A DNA stretch of 63,872 nucleotides, the filler included, from Bigelowiella natans CCMP2755 (Eukaryota; Protista; Cercozoa), in NCBI GenBank assembly GCA_000320545.1. It is 6 parts of 6 records of this genome, joined end to end, with 100 filler letters (N's around TTAATTAATTAA, not from the genome) between each part and the next. Parts side by side here need not be neighbours in the genome. Positions count along the whole stretch, not along the records: positions 38,385 to 59,559 come from ADNK01002695.1; 5 more parts are not named here. One strand, given 5' to 3'. Numbering within the stretch: the stretch's first letter is position 1; every line of letters starts with the position of its first letter. The translations under genes were made by a program, and so were the position numbers. The notes under the pieces are model-generated. The model had not been told where the DNA came from. It did not search any database and saw nothing but the letters and a program-made list of their open reading frames with translations. This document shows, piece by piece, positions 43,080 to 55,963 of the stretch.

Positions 43080-43752
43080 CTAATATGGGGAAGCATCCAC
43101 AGCAGCCAAGTCTAGACCCATGATTTCCAACTTCTGTTCTGGAGTGTTGAGTGGTAGCTGGTGCTGCTGCTGCTGCCCTTCCTCCTTCTTTTTCTTCTTC
43201 ATCGTATGTTCCTGGAAAAACGCAGGCAAATGAGTGTGGGGAAGAAATGTCAACGATTATCATGCTCTGCGATTGAAAGACGGCAGTGCCAATAGATGCA
43301 CATGCAGGAACGGCAGCTATGCACGGAGCACTTTCATTTCCGCTTTGAATCGCTTGCGATCCACTTCCGCCCGCAACACGAAAGGCTTCTTGGCTTCGGA
43401 TGACATGTCCCTCCAAATCTCTCCAAGTTTTTTCCCTCAGGGTGAAGAAAGGCGATACGATTAGGCGATGGGGGTGAGATGATTTTGAGGTGGTTTTGAG
43501 GTGCGGAAAATGTAGTAGAGCACGAGAAGACAAATGTTGATTTCCGACCCAAACAAGTATTTCTACATTGGTTTCAACACAACCGAACGGCCTACTCCCT
43601 CACCCCAGTACCGATCTTCGCAAAAGGGAGCGTTGGATCTTCCTCCTTCACTCGCCCTCTAACGATGGATAAATGATAATGTGCGTTAGCCAGTAATCTG
43701 AAAGAAACCGATATAAGATGCTGTTTAACAACGATGCATTGAATATTTCAAT

Positions 43753-43783
<31 letters not shown>

Positions 43784-44210
43784 CTCTTCTCGCCACATGA
43801 TCTCCTTCCCTACTCCTCTACTATGATAACCGCTAACCGCATTTCTGAGCAAAAGAGCATGTACGCATTTCTGGCCTTCTTAGGTGCGCCAGGGTCACGA
43901 GCTCTCTTCTTCTTTCTACCCATCGCTTTCTGCCCCCCCCCCCCCCCCCAAAAAAAAAAAGACAGAATAAAGAACGCGTGAAGTGGGCGGAATTAACATG
44001 TACATTGGGGAAGTCGAAAAGGAAAAATTAGACAATACTTGCTATGAATGAAGTTGTCTCATTTTCTAAGAATTTATCGTCCTCCCTACACTTACCGAGG
44101 GTTTCTTCTTGAAGGGAGGGGGGGAATATTGCACTGTTATGATCGGTGATGGCTTGTCCGATGCCTTGTCTGACCATAAGACAATAGCAATGATGGCGAC
44201 GATGATGATA

Positions 44211-44242
<32 letters not shown>

Positions 44243-44248
44243 AATGGC

Positions 44249-44287
<39 letters not shown>

Positions 44288-44813
44288 AATGGCGACGATT
44301 ATGATGGTAAGGAGGATGATATGAGGACAAGAATGTTCTCGGAAATCCACGGTGAAGGTTTGCTGATGTTACGTACATGTCGGAGCTACGACTCGTATCA
44401 GAACTCCATCAGGAGCTCTAACGTAAAAGCTTGACCCAGGAGGCACAGCCGCCTCAGCAATGTTCACCTAACGAATAGTTCTATCGCTAATGATCATTGA
44501 AAAAGGAAGAAAATCGAGAAAGTCTTATAGCGCAAGGAAAAACACGTTTGTGCTTTGAGCACCCCCCCTCCCCCCAAGCGTAATATGACTTATGCCCAGC
44601 AAATTTGAATACCTCTAAAAACTTGATGTCGGCGGTGTCCTCGGCCACCACATGATTTGCGGAGGAGGAAGGCATTTCTCCGACGGATGACCTCGAATAT
44701 CGTTTCTTCTTCTTCATCTATAACAAATAACAGACAGACGTGATCTTCGTACAACTGATCGAACACACACACACACACACAAATACCTTATTCTTCTTCG
44801 CACCATCCGCCAT
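43080..44813 (-). CDS. HMG-box protein (HMGB/Nhp6-type box), 8 exons
   Basis: Spliced RDPGAPKKARNAYMLFCSEMRGRVKEEDPTLPFAKIGKKLGEIWRDMSSEAKKPFVLRAEVDRKRFKAEM. Probable start MADGAKKNK. Confidence 0.88.
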
Positions 44814-45974
44814 TTTGCGATGATAGGAGGGAGGGGCAGCTTCCGAACGGTATTTTTGTTATTCTCCTCCTTCGTACTGCGTTCCAATTCCAGGAGAGGA
44901 GAACATCCGAGCACCAACCAGAAGTTCGTACTATAAACACAGAGCAATTTTGGACTGCGACAATAAATTAAAACCAATTTATTCTAGTTATTAGAATTTT
45001 TCCCCAGCCTACAGCTACGACAAGGAAATGTTTGGCTCTGCGTAGGCGATGAGTTGGCACGTTGGTGCGTCCTGGGGGACGATGGCCCTTTCGAATCAAG
45101 CATTGAATGCATTTCGTCTGTTCATCCATGATCTGATCCATGAGTCTGGGGTTCGAAAGTGCATTGTGTTTGTGTTTGCGTGACACACGTTGTTGTGGCC
45201 CCAGCTCCATGGAGCTGGCCAGTCGGCATCCGACGACGAACCTTGCACGCCACACCAGCACAGCGCAACGCAATGCACTGTGAGTAGACACGGTCTAGCG
45301 GTGCCCAGTGTATATGTTATATAGTGTATGTACTGTGTGCACCGTACGTGCACCTTGCTAGCTTGCCCATTGTTGTGCGCAATGACGCACATCTAGACAT
45401 GCTGACGTGCAGCCACTAGCCACCATCAAGAACAATAGACATACGTATATGTCATATATATTATATATACTGTGTCTATAGTAAGAGCTGATCATGACAT
45501 GCAGCTGGGCATGCTAGCATGTCTAGATGTGCCGTATGATTAGCTGCCTCATCAGCTGCAGGTCAGCTAGTGCGATGCACGCGCTGTCGTTGGCTGCACG
45601 ATCTAGCTAGCGATCCTGGGCTTGCGTGGTGCGGTGCGTTGCAACATTGCATGCAAGCAGCTGCAGAGAAATAATAATCGCCGCCAATGAGTTGCAACAA
45701 TTGAAGCCCTCTAGCCCTTTCAGTATGCACCAGAGCGCGGGCCGGAGATCTTGACACAATGTATGCATGATGCTCATGCTAGAGCGGCCATCGTGAGACA
45801 AACAGAGTTGAGTTACACATCTTGACTGGTGTTACCTTAATGTTAGTTACGACTTGCTTGATCGATTGATCTTGCATAGTTACAATGCTTGCCTATAGCT
45901 ACACACACGCACAAGCACATAGCTGCCCTGGCTCTGCAGATGTTGCCATCTTCGGAGGAAGAGGTGGGTATGAT

Positions 45975-46355
45975 TTAAAGGAGCATCCTCATTGGGTCTT
46001 CAATGTATCCCTTGAATGCTTGGAGCCACTGCGCTCCTACTGCTCCATCTACCACCTGTCAATGAATTAATTAAAATTAATGAGAAAGGGGAAAAGGAAG
46101 AGAGGGGGGCGGTATGGAAGAAGTCCTCTCTAAACTCTCACTGCATCAGAGTAATTCCCACAATGTTCTTAGTTCTGACATAAAATTTCCCCCCTCCTCG
46201 CCTCACTCACTCACCCTGTGGTCGCAGCTGAGAGTGACAGTCATCGTCTTTGACGTGGAGTACACAGGCTTGCCTGCAAAAAATATCGAAATGGCACGCA
46301 TTCGAATGTCGCGTGTGTATGTGTATGTGTATTAGTGTGTGTATTTGTGTGTGTA

Positions 46356-46402
<47 letters not shown>

Positions 46403-46774
46403 GTGCACCAGAATCGCTTCGTAGTTGTTCTCATTACTACTACCATCACTACCACCTTCGTCATCCGTGCCGGATTGAACGATCTTGGTCTCAGCACCTC
46501 CTACTGCAAGAATGGCGGCCTGCGGCGGGTTGATGATTGCGCTGAAATGATCCACTCCGAACATTCCCAGGTTGCTGAAGATAAGCAAGCGACGGGTTGT
46601 TTAGGCGAGGGGGGGGTGGGAGGAGAAACACAATTCTGGGCATTTCATGTCACATCGTGATCAGAAACACTAATGGTCATAATGTTGATATTCGATGGAG
46701 ATCTGAGACAAGAGATGCCCGTATCGTATCGTATTGCGTCTTAATGTGGGCATTCTATGAGTATTCCACGACGA

Positions 46775-46813
<39 letters not shown>

Positions 46814-47252
46814 AACCTAATGGTGAACGTCCCCCCTTGATATTCATGTGGCTGTAGTCCTCCTTCCTTCGCTTTAGTGGCCAGCTCCTTCACCTGCACA
46901 GAACATGCGAGTTGTTATTATTGCCGCTTCGTCCAGCTCTCCTCTCCTCTTCAAAGAGTGATGATGCATGATGATAGCATGATGCGGTTTCAGGGAAAAG
47001 GGGTGCACGAATGAATGCACGGGTGAGTGAATCAATACCTTGGTGGAGATGCCGGCGAGGCCGAGGCGGTCAGCATCAGGGATGATCGGAGTGATGAGAC
47101 CCCTAGTAGCGGGAGTAGTACGACACAGCAAAGCACGAATAGCAGAGTCATGGAAGGCATCATACGCGCGCGCGCGTGTTTGTGTGTGTGTGTGTGTGTG
47201 TACTGCCTGCCTAAACAAAGTGTAGAATCTTAACCACCAACCCCATTCACCC

Positions 47253-47328
<76 letters not shown>

Positions 47329-48614
47329 GCTCACCCTGGTGTCGCGACCGCAACGCAAACGTCAACATAATCGTATTGGCGGATGAAGGTATCCATGAAG
47401 GAACTGTTCACCTCTGGGACCTGCGACGGGGGGGGGATGGAGAATTCATTCATTAGCTGTTACGCAGCTTGGCATGTGTTGATCAGAGCATCACATCCAG
47501 ACCATGCTTAGAAACCATTATCGGTACTTTTACTGAGCATAAAGCGTCCGTATAGAATCAAAGGGGGTTATGAAAACGGAGAAAGGGGGGGGGGGTGGGG
47601 GGGCCCTGATATATGTACATGTTGCGTTGTATAATTTACCTTCGCCATAGACAGCGCACTGGCCTTTACGATGAAATCGTTCACAGAGAGCTTCACACTG
47701 CAAAATTATTAATTCACTTTATCATTTGTTGGGCCACAACGAGGCAGAGGCAGAGGCAGAGGAGGAGGATTGGATGCAGCTGAACGCACTGAAGATTACA
47801 TCCTACGAAAGGCGGCGGGACATTGAGCATCGATATGTCTTCGATTCACTATCTTAAGTCAAAACCTCGCGTATCCTATTACTACTGATATGGCTGCTGC
47901 ACAGTACCCGTCCTTCTCCAGGCGTTCGTTGAGTTCCGCGCGCGTGTTAACGAGCGCATCCACGTTGCACGTGATGGTGAGATAGTAGTGAGGCACTTCC
48001 CTCTTCGCCGTCGTCTGCTCGAATAGGCCAGAGGACAGAAGTGAATGAAAGATGAGAGAAATGGCAAGGGTGGGGGCGGGGAAGAGTGATGGGGATAAGG
48101 CAGGTCCCTCGCAGGACAGTGCCCAAAACGTGTCAAGGCTCTCAGACGTATGCTTCGGGTCGCAACACAACGCAACACGGATGCAGCTTTTGTGTTTCAA
48201 CGGCCATAACCGCCCATGCCATGGAGGGGATTGAAACAGACAGTATCGACGTTCCAACAGCAGGGAAAAAGCATTCTTCTTTTGTGCAGCAGAAACAAAC
48301 ACTCATCACCAGGCGGGAAGCGATTGTCTGCCTCATGTTAGATAGCGGCACGTCTTGGGATGGGCCGCTTGCAGCTGCGAAGGCAGCTTGAGCTGGGGCA
48401 GCAGCTGCTGTCGCCACAGTAGCTTGCTGAACTGCTGGTGCCGATGCAGCATACCTTCCAAAAATATAATATATAACAATGATATGAAAACCATGAAAAG
48501 AGAACATTTATACATGTTTTCCTTTAAAGAAATAGATAGGTGGCAGATGCAGCTATACATGGCCAGCCCATTTTCATGAGAAGACGTCGGTCAATGAGAG
48601 GGAGTGTGAGTACA

Positions 48615-48689
<75 letters not shown>

Positions 48690-48735
48690 TATATATAAGT
48701 ATTATATAACACATATTCAAAAATGAAGAAAGACT

Positions 48736-48772
<37 letters not shown>

Positions 48773-50965
48773 ATACCTATCGATATCCGATTTCACAATC
48801 CTTCCTTCTGGGCCAGACCCTGCTCCAACTTGCGAGAGCTCTATGCCCAGCTCCGCAGCTACCGACCGAGCCAGAGGAGAGGCAAAGATGCGCTCTCCAC
48901 TCGCCCCTACGGCAGAAGCAGGAGCAGGCGTGGCTGCAGGTGCAGCCGCAACGGGTTCCGGTGCCGGAGCTGTTTTGTCAGTTCAATTTTTTTAGGGGGG
49001 GGGGGGGGGAGGGAGGGGGGGAAATGGTTCGCAGCGAGTGAGTTTGGAAGCAAGGGATGAGAAAAGAAAACCGCCGTGCCGTGTTTGGCATAACTAAGGG
49101 AGAGGGATGACGCAACGAAATCGTGGCGGGTAGTCTTGAATTCGGACTGCGAATTGGAAGCGAAAATACCGATGATTTTTGTTCTGCGATACGGTTACTT
49201 TCCGTGTCTCGAGGCAAAAATCACAGGAATTCTCAGTTTCGTTGAAATGGTGTGCAGTTTTCCCTCTTTTCTCACGTGTACGCAGACCATGACTAGCATA
49301 CATCGTATGAGAGCGTACCAGCAGGTTCAGATGCTGGTGCTGCTGCAGGGGCAGCAGAATCCTCCGGCTAATATGAGTTATGGTAAAAACATAAGAATAT
49401 GAAAAGGGAAATGTGGAGGTATGGGGGGGGGCATAGAATGGCAGGGAGAGACAAGTGACAATATTTTCTACTTAAAAAAAACACACACACACATCCTTCT
49501 GAATTACCATGTAATCCTTAAAAGCAGCCACGTTTTCTTTGTCCTCGACAAGGATCTACAGAGGGGGAAAGGAGGAAGAAGGAGAGAGGGGGATTCGTTC
49601 AAAACCTTAACCGATTAATCGATTATTTGATTATGCAACAACGCCGACAAGAATCAAGGTGCTCTGCATCGTAAAAGGAAGATACTCATTTGAAATATCC
49701 GATATTGCTATCAGTTATCACCGCGACTGGCGTTCCGATTGCAATATCAGCGGTGCCCTCGGCCTGGAGGACCTTAGCCAGATAACCCTTCACATGGCGG
49801 AAAATAGCAGTATTAATATTGATTGCAGCAGTAGTAGTTGTAGTGCATCAACTCAACATCACAATCCGCTAATGATTATGGCAGGAATGATGATAGTAAA
49901 TATGCTATTTTTCGTTGAAAACGGACGGATTTAAGAAGATGATCACGAGGTATAGCATCCTTTTGAGTTCAAGCACATATTGAATACTAGCTATAAAGTT
50001 AGCTGGACCTCATCAACGGCCTCGAAAGCAACCACAGCCTTCGTTTCGACGGCATGAAGAAAGTTTATACAGAGGTGCACTTCAGAAGAGAGTAATCAGA
50101 ACGTGATTACGGAGCACAGCAAATTAGACTAATGAAAAACTCTCTGGAAAAACATTCTACCTTATCGGTTTCAACGTCAGCTATGACCGACCCTGATTCG
50201 ATGAAATCTCCCTCTGCAACCTATTGTTTTAAGCACGAAATATTATTTCTCAACAACATTTTTGTTTTCCGAAGAGCCCCATAGGAGAAGGGGAGATGGG
50301 GGGTGGGGGGGGGGGGGGGGCATGAAACCGTCACCTGCCACTTGCTAATCGTTCCGACTTCCATTGTGGGTGAAAGCGCGGGCATTGTAAGGACCTCGTG
50401 GTCTGGCACTGCAATAGAAGTCAGATTTAAGTCGATGTCAATAGCATCTATGGTAAGAACAGAAAACATAGAGCAAAAATTCGCTCCCCAGCCCCCCCCC
50501 TCTTTCCACATTCGGCCACTAGAATTTTTGGATTACATGATGAGAATCTTCGGACGCTATTCCCGAACTGCAAACTGGGGAGCCTGCGACAATTGGATGG
50601 TTGAAAGTATACAAATATGAATAAGCGAAAATGCGATATGCATATACAGAACACAGAAAATGTAATCATGTACTAATACATATGCAAAAGAATCACTTAC
50701 TTGTTCCTCTCTCTTTCTCTCTCTGCCACGCACCCACATAAAATACATCTAACACAATTGTTGTGTGATCTATATTCTCCCCCTACCTTTTAGATTCAGC
50801 TGCAAACCTATGGAGAGTTCTCGAAGAAGATCCGGTGATCCTGTGATGCATAAAGTGTCCTGTGTTGGAGGCTAAGGGCGCTTTCGAGTACTGGCAGATC
50901 TGCGCGCGGTGAAGGCGACAGCGCATTCGTTGTATCTTTGAGGTTGAAATCCGAAGGCCAATCAT
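45975..50965 (-). CDS. DLAT: Pyruvate dehydrogenase E2 (dihydrolipoamide acetyltransferase), mitochondrial, one lipoyl domain, 18 exons
   Basis: Arg-rich presequence. Lipoyl domain [16 protein letters not shown]...[18 protein letters not shown]...GSGPEGRI. Catalytic [32 protein letters not shown] and [11 protein letters not shown]. All 17 introns GT-AG. Confidence 0.97.
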
Positions 50966-51877
50966 CGTTATTATGGCCTGGGCACCCGACCAACCCACAG
51001 ACTAACATATGCAAAAGGGGTAATTTGCAAGGAAACTCCATACACATTCTCTGCAGCTAGCTAGAATCCGAACAAGAAATCAAAAAGTTTAGCAGCGAAA
51101 AGATGTGAGTTCTTGTTGGGATGCACGAAACTAATATTCAAAAGTCCCAAACCCTAATCGCGCATCGAAATCTCACAATCTTGTAACCCTCGCACACTTC
51201 TAAAATTCCAACACACATCCCAGCCAGGTTGAGCAAAAAGCCCCCATGTTCATTCAATTTTAAGCATAATCTTCTGGAATAATAGCAGCATCTCTCCCGT
51301 GTAATATTTACAATATCAAAACGCAGTTTAAAGGTCATTTAATACATTTGAGGAGGGTAAGGGGGGGGGGGGGGGGGAGCTAACATCGAAAGCTGTTGGT
51401 GAACCTAAATCGCTTTTGTCTGAGAAGCGATAAGTCCTTTTACCAACCGCGAATACCCCTGACAAAAAATTACATACGACTTGGATATTTCATTGTCTCT
51501 ATACAAAAACTAAGTTTATCCCAGATTTTCGCAGTTGTGCGGGGAGCGAAATTTATTTTTCCGCAGTCGTATCTTGGGACAAAGGGGTTTGCAATCTCCT
51601 TCGATCCTCATCTTCACATTCTAGACATGAAAGAAGGCAATATTTGCACTTTGATGGGAGACGTACACCGAGAAGGAATTGAGGATAAGTGCTCCTGACA
51701 ACAGACTTTGGATTCAGATTCATTACGATATTACGACAAGCTCAACATGGAGTTCCAATATAGAAACGCCCAACAAAAGTAAGTTTCTAAATAGAAAACA
51801 AAAATCGAAATGTCACAAAATGACCTACAAATTAATGGAAAAACGGAACTTGTTTCCAATTTCCCTCACAAAAATAG

Positions 51878-51950
51878 AGATTCCGGCGGGACTCGAACCC
51901 GCAATCGCCTGATCCGAAGTCAGGCGCCTTATCCATTGGGCCACGGAACC
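51878..51950 (-). tRNA. tRNA-Arg, anticodon TCG
   Basis: GGTTCCGTGGCCCAATGGATAAGGCGCCTGACTTCGGATCAGGCGATTGCGGGTTCGAGTCCCGCCGGAATC folds as a cloverleaf with A/B boxes. T5 Pol III terminator at 51870-51874. Confidence 0.96.
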
Positions 51951-52255
51951 AGAAGGTTTGTTAACGAAATGTGAAATAAAAGATACTAATATTACAAAAT
52001 TACAAACTCAAAGAAAGGTTATGAAAGAAGGCTTACGACATACAAAAACCAAGAGAAAAAGTATAAATGGATGCCATTTTTTATCTTGTCCTTCCCGCGA
52101 TGGCAGTCAGAACACGAGCGACTCGGATGGCACGCTAAGCGTTCAGATACGAATCCGAGAGGCTGTCTTTGCCTTCTATATTAACTCTCGATTCTGAAAT
52201 AATTTGCAACGGGAGAACGCAGGTTTACTTCGAGTTTTCTCTTCTGTTGTTAGCT

Positions 52256-53399
52256 ATGGAGCAGGAAGAACTAAGCGATCGTTCCGAAGAAGTGCAGCTG
52301 ATGGAGGCGGAAGAGCCTAGGGAAGGTGAATTAATCCATGAGCCAGAGGATTCAAAAATGGAGGAAGTTCCTGACCATCAAGAAGCTACAAATGAACTCA
52401 AGGTTCTTGACATTTGCATTTCAGAGGGAAAAGAGTAACATTTCTTTGACTTGAATACATAAACCAAAAAACCTATCATCCCATCGAGAGATTGGATGGC
52501 GAATCGTCTCTTCCTTCCACCTTCGATTAACTTCGGGAAGAAAGCAGGATTTTAATAAGCTTATATACTTAAACCGAAGGCGTGACGCATCATATTTTTC
52601 CCGCAACGATACGGAAAATTAAACACAAGCCATTGTGCAACAGCGAGCCATAAATACTCTCACAGTTCAACCTGCACTCCGTAGCGGCGGCGTATATCGA
52701 TGAATAAAATATTTTTTGACTCCAAAAGGGTTCTGGATCACCGGATGTGGACAATCCTATTGGGCGAGAGGAAGTAGGGAATAGTCCTCAAGGCAACGCC
52801 TCTGCCATCTCTGGCGGCCAGGATGGAGGAGATGACGCCAAAAGAGATAGTGCGGGGACTGAAGAACACAAAAGATGTTTCCTGTCATGCGAGATGTGCA
52901 CATATCCGATTATCGAAGCTGGCGAATTCGTAATATCATCATCGATGATAATAATCAGCGAGGAGAGTCAATCTGGCTCAAACACACACGTTGCTACTCC
53001 CCACTGAAACTAGCTCCGACGACGATGACGACGACGATGATGATTGATTCTCTTTTCACAGATTTTGGAACGGGCGGAGATATGGAGCAAAGCCGTATAC
53101 GCATATCAACTCGAAGTAGTAGTTGTTGTAGTAGTAGCAGTTGCACTGAAAGAGTAGTGATTATTACTTTCACATATTTGAATTGTATGCGAACCATATT
53201 TGACAAGGTATTGAACAAAGAGGCATGGTGCTACAGCGCTACAAATCCAAACGCCAATCGCTTCGATGTCATTCGGGTACGAAGTGCATGGCAAGTTTAA
53301 ATTCCTACATAAAACACACACACACACACACACAAACACGTACACGCACACACTAAAAACACACATCCGATCAAAGCAGGATATGCGTGGTGTAGGTCT

Positions 53400-53443
<44 letters not shown>

Positions 53444-55963
53444 GCGTATGCGCGTGCCTTATATTCTGAAAGCATGTATGGGAAGTCTTCATATATGGCT
53501 GCTCATGGTTGTCACCACTGTCATCATCGTCGTCATCGTCACCAGACAAAACCCAGCATCATCGACAGGACAGTTAACGTCAGGTTGTGTTTTAGCAGCA
53601 GAGACCTTCTAAGGAAATAGAGAGAGAGAGAGGGAGAGGCGGGGGGGGGAAGAGGGAACAACCTCTTGTCCGTCCAAATCTATCTAATGAATCTTTTAAG
53701 AATACTAATAAAATGCATAAATAAACGTGTGAATGTGCGCGTCCGTATCACAGCAAAGTGATATAGAATAATGGAGCTGTCTATAATTTATCTGTTTATC
53801 ATTTGAAAAAAAAACAGCGGGCGGCCAACGATACAGCACACGTGGTTTCCTAACTACGCCTGGCAGATGACGTCGTGTGCGGCATGCGATGCGTAATACA
53901 CCATCAACATTTGAGTTTCCCCCGCCCCTTCTCAAATCCATCTCGAAGAGAAAAATAGAGAGTAAGAATTCTGTGCCTATGCTATATCTCTTCTACATTT
54001 AAACAGATGGTATTATCATCATCATCATCTCCTCCTTCTCTTTCCCTTTCTTCCCTACTCCACCCGTGGTAACTTCTCACCCCCCCCCCTCCCCCCCCCC
54101 CGTCCCTTTCGCGCCCGCTACGCCACTAGGCATCTAGGATGGGCGTTTTCTCCAGCGTCAGTGCAACAGACGGAGTCGTCAATTGACAAGAGCTCTTCTA
54201 CAAATAATGACGGGAACGACGACACGAAGAGAAGAGAGGAGAAGCAGGACGATGGGGAAGAGGAGGAGGAAGATGAGGAGGTTCCTGTGGATACCGCAGC
54301 TCTTACTCCTCCTGCTGCTTCTACTACTGAAGATACTAAGCTTGTTCGGTCTCTCCCCCAGACTACGAATAGCAGCTCTTCCGCTACTAGGAGCATTGGA
54401 GGTGCCGGCAGCGATGATAGCGAAGGCGTAGATGGCGGAGGACGAAGAGAGCAGCAGGCAGAGCAAATGGAAGAAATAGAAGATGAAGAGGAGGAAGCAA
54501 AGAGTGCGGCAATGGCAGCGGGCGAAGCTGACGAAAAGGCTGACAGCTCTGAGCAGCGCGAAGAAAACACAAATCCGGGGGAAGGCAAGGGTACAGGGGG
54601 GGGGCCAAGCGAGGATGTATCAGGAAGCGCCAAGATAGAATTCTTTGGCCTGATCGTCACACGTATGCGACCTCGCACGCTTACAGAGGCTGAGCTCGAG
54701 GCACTGGAGTCAAAGAGGAGGGAAATCAGATCGGCATCATGTAAGTACGGTGTGCTAGTAGTAGCGAGTGTGCGTTACATAGTAGTGAAAAACTTCAAAG
54801 GGCTTCGTCGAGAAACATTCTCATAAAGTCCCAATCATGGGGTTGTTTTGGTTGATTTTTCGCCCTACGCGCTGGCTGGTACCAATCGGCCTTTATAGAA
54901 ATTCCTCAGGAAAAGTCACTATTAGTGAGATGCAATCTTGCTTTGTTGCCTCTGAAGATTGGGCAAGGAAATGGGGAGCATTAGCATACATCCAGCATGA
55001 ATATGCAGATGCAGAAAGCGAGCGTGTGTGCGTAGTTTCGTCAGATTCGCGGTATGGTTTATTGACTATTTTCTCTTTGTTGACTGTTGTGATATACGGC
55101 GTTGTGGCGTGGCGACCTTTGGGGTGGCATTGTTTGCTACACTGACCAGCCTCATACCGCCTCAATATTTCCAGGCTGCGCGCTGTACTGAACATGGTAG
55201 TAATGTATGCTGAATCGATGAGGACTTGTGTATTAAAGAACTATGGTGATGACTATGTGTACTTTGAAAACGACAGTGCGAGATGCACATATGGTGATTG
55301 TCGTGCTTTTCATGCGTCCAAGGACAAAAAGCATTGCAGACGGTTCTCGGTGTTCATACATAAATTCACGTCAGTTACCGACCAGCATCGCTTCCGGATT
55401 CTTCCCAGCCGTACAGGCAATGTCACACACGCCACGGCTCAGGCTAGAGATATCTTCGATTTACGAGGCTGCGGTGCAGGTTAGGCACATTCACAATATT
55501 CCTAGGCCGAAGTTAAAAGCGTAACAACCTGTGGTGCTCGTGTCCATTTCGATGTACATAAATAGAAACAAAATTTCAAAGGCCCTTTTGCTATTGTCTA
55601 ATCGTTCCATTACTGGTCGAGCAAGGCTACTTTTTAAAAATAATAAGTTTCTAGGGAAATATGCTGGTATTTATAGTATCTTTTTTAAGATAGCATTCGC
55701 ATGTTTGGTAAGTTCATTTGATAATATTCCGTAATCACTCGCAGGCTTGGGTTCAGTGGCGAGCTTCTATCCAAGAAGGTAGCAATAACGGAGGGGGAAA
55801 CAGCGAAGAAGGAGAAGGAGGCGATGATATTTTCGATGGCGATGGAGGAGATTATGATGACGACGGGGATGATCCGGATGTGCACCAAAATGACGATAAC
55901 AACGATGATGATAATGATGACAACGATGATGATGATAATGATGATAATGATGATGATGCTTGA
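52256..55963 (+). CDS. Stand-alone CULT (cereblon thalidomide-binding) domain protein with acidic N-terminus, internal insertion and D/N-rich tail
   Basis: CEMC...ATNPNANRFDV...HTWFPNYAWQMTSCAACDAHLGWAF...FFGL. No Lon-like domain visible. 3' exons less certain. Confidence 0.85.

Noticed and set aside
45975-50965. Alternative genetic code or stop readthrough
   Set aside because: DLAT, P4H, HMG and S28 splice into open frames under the standard code.
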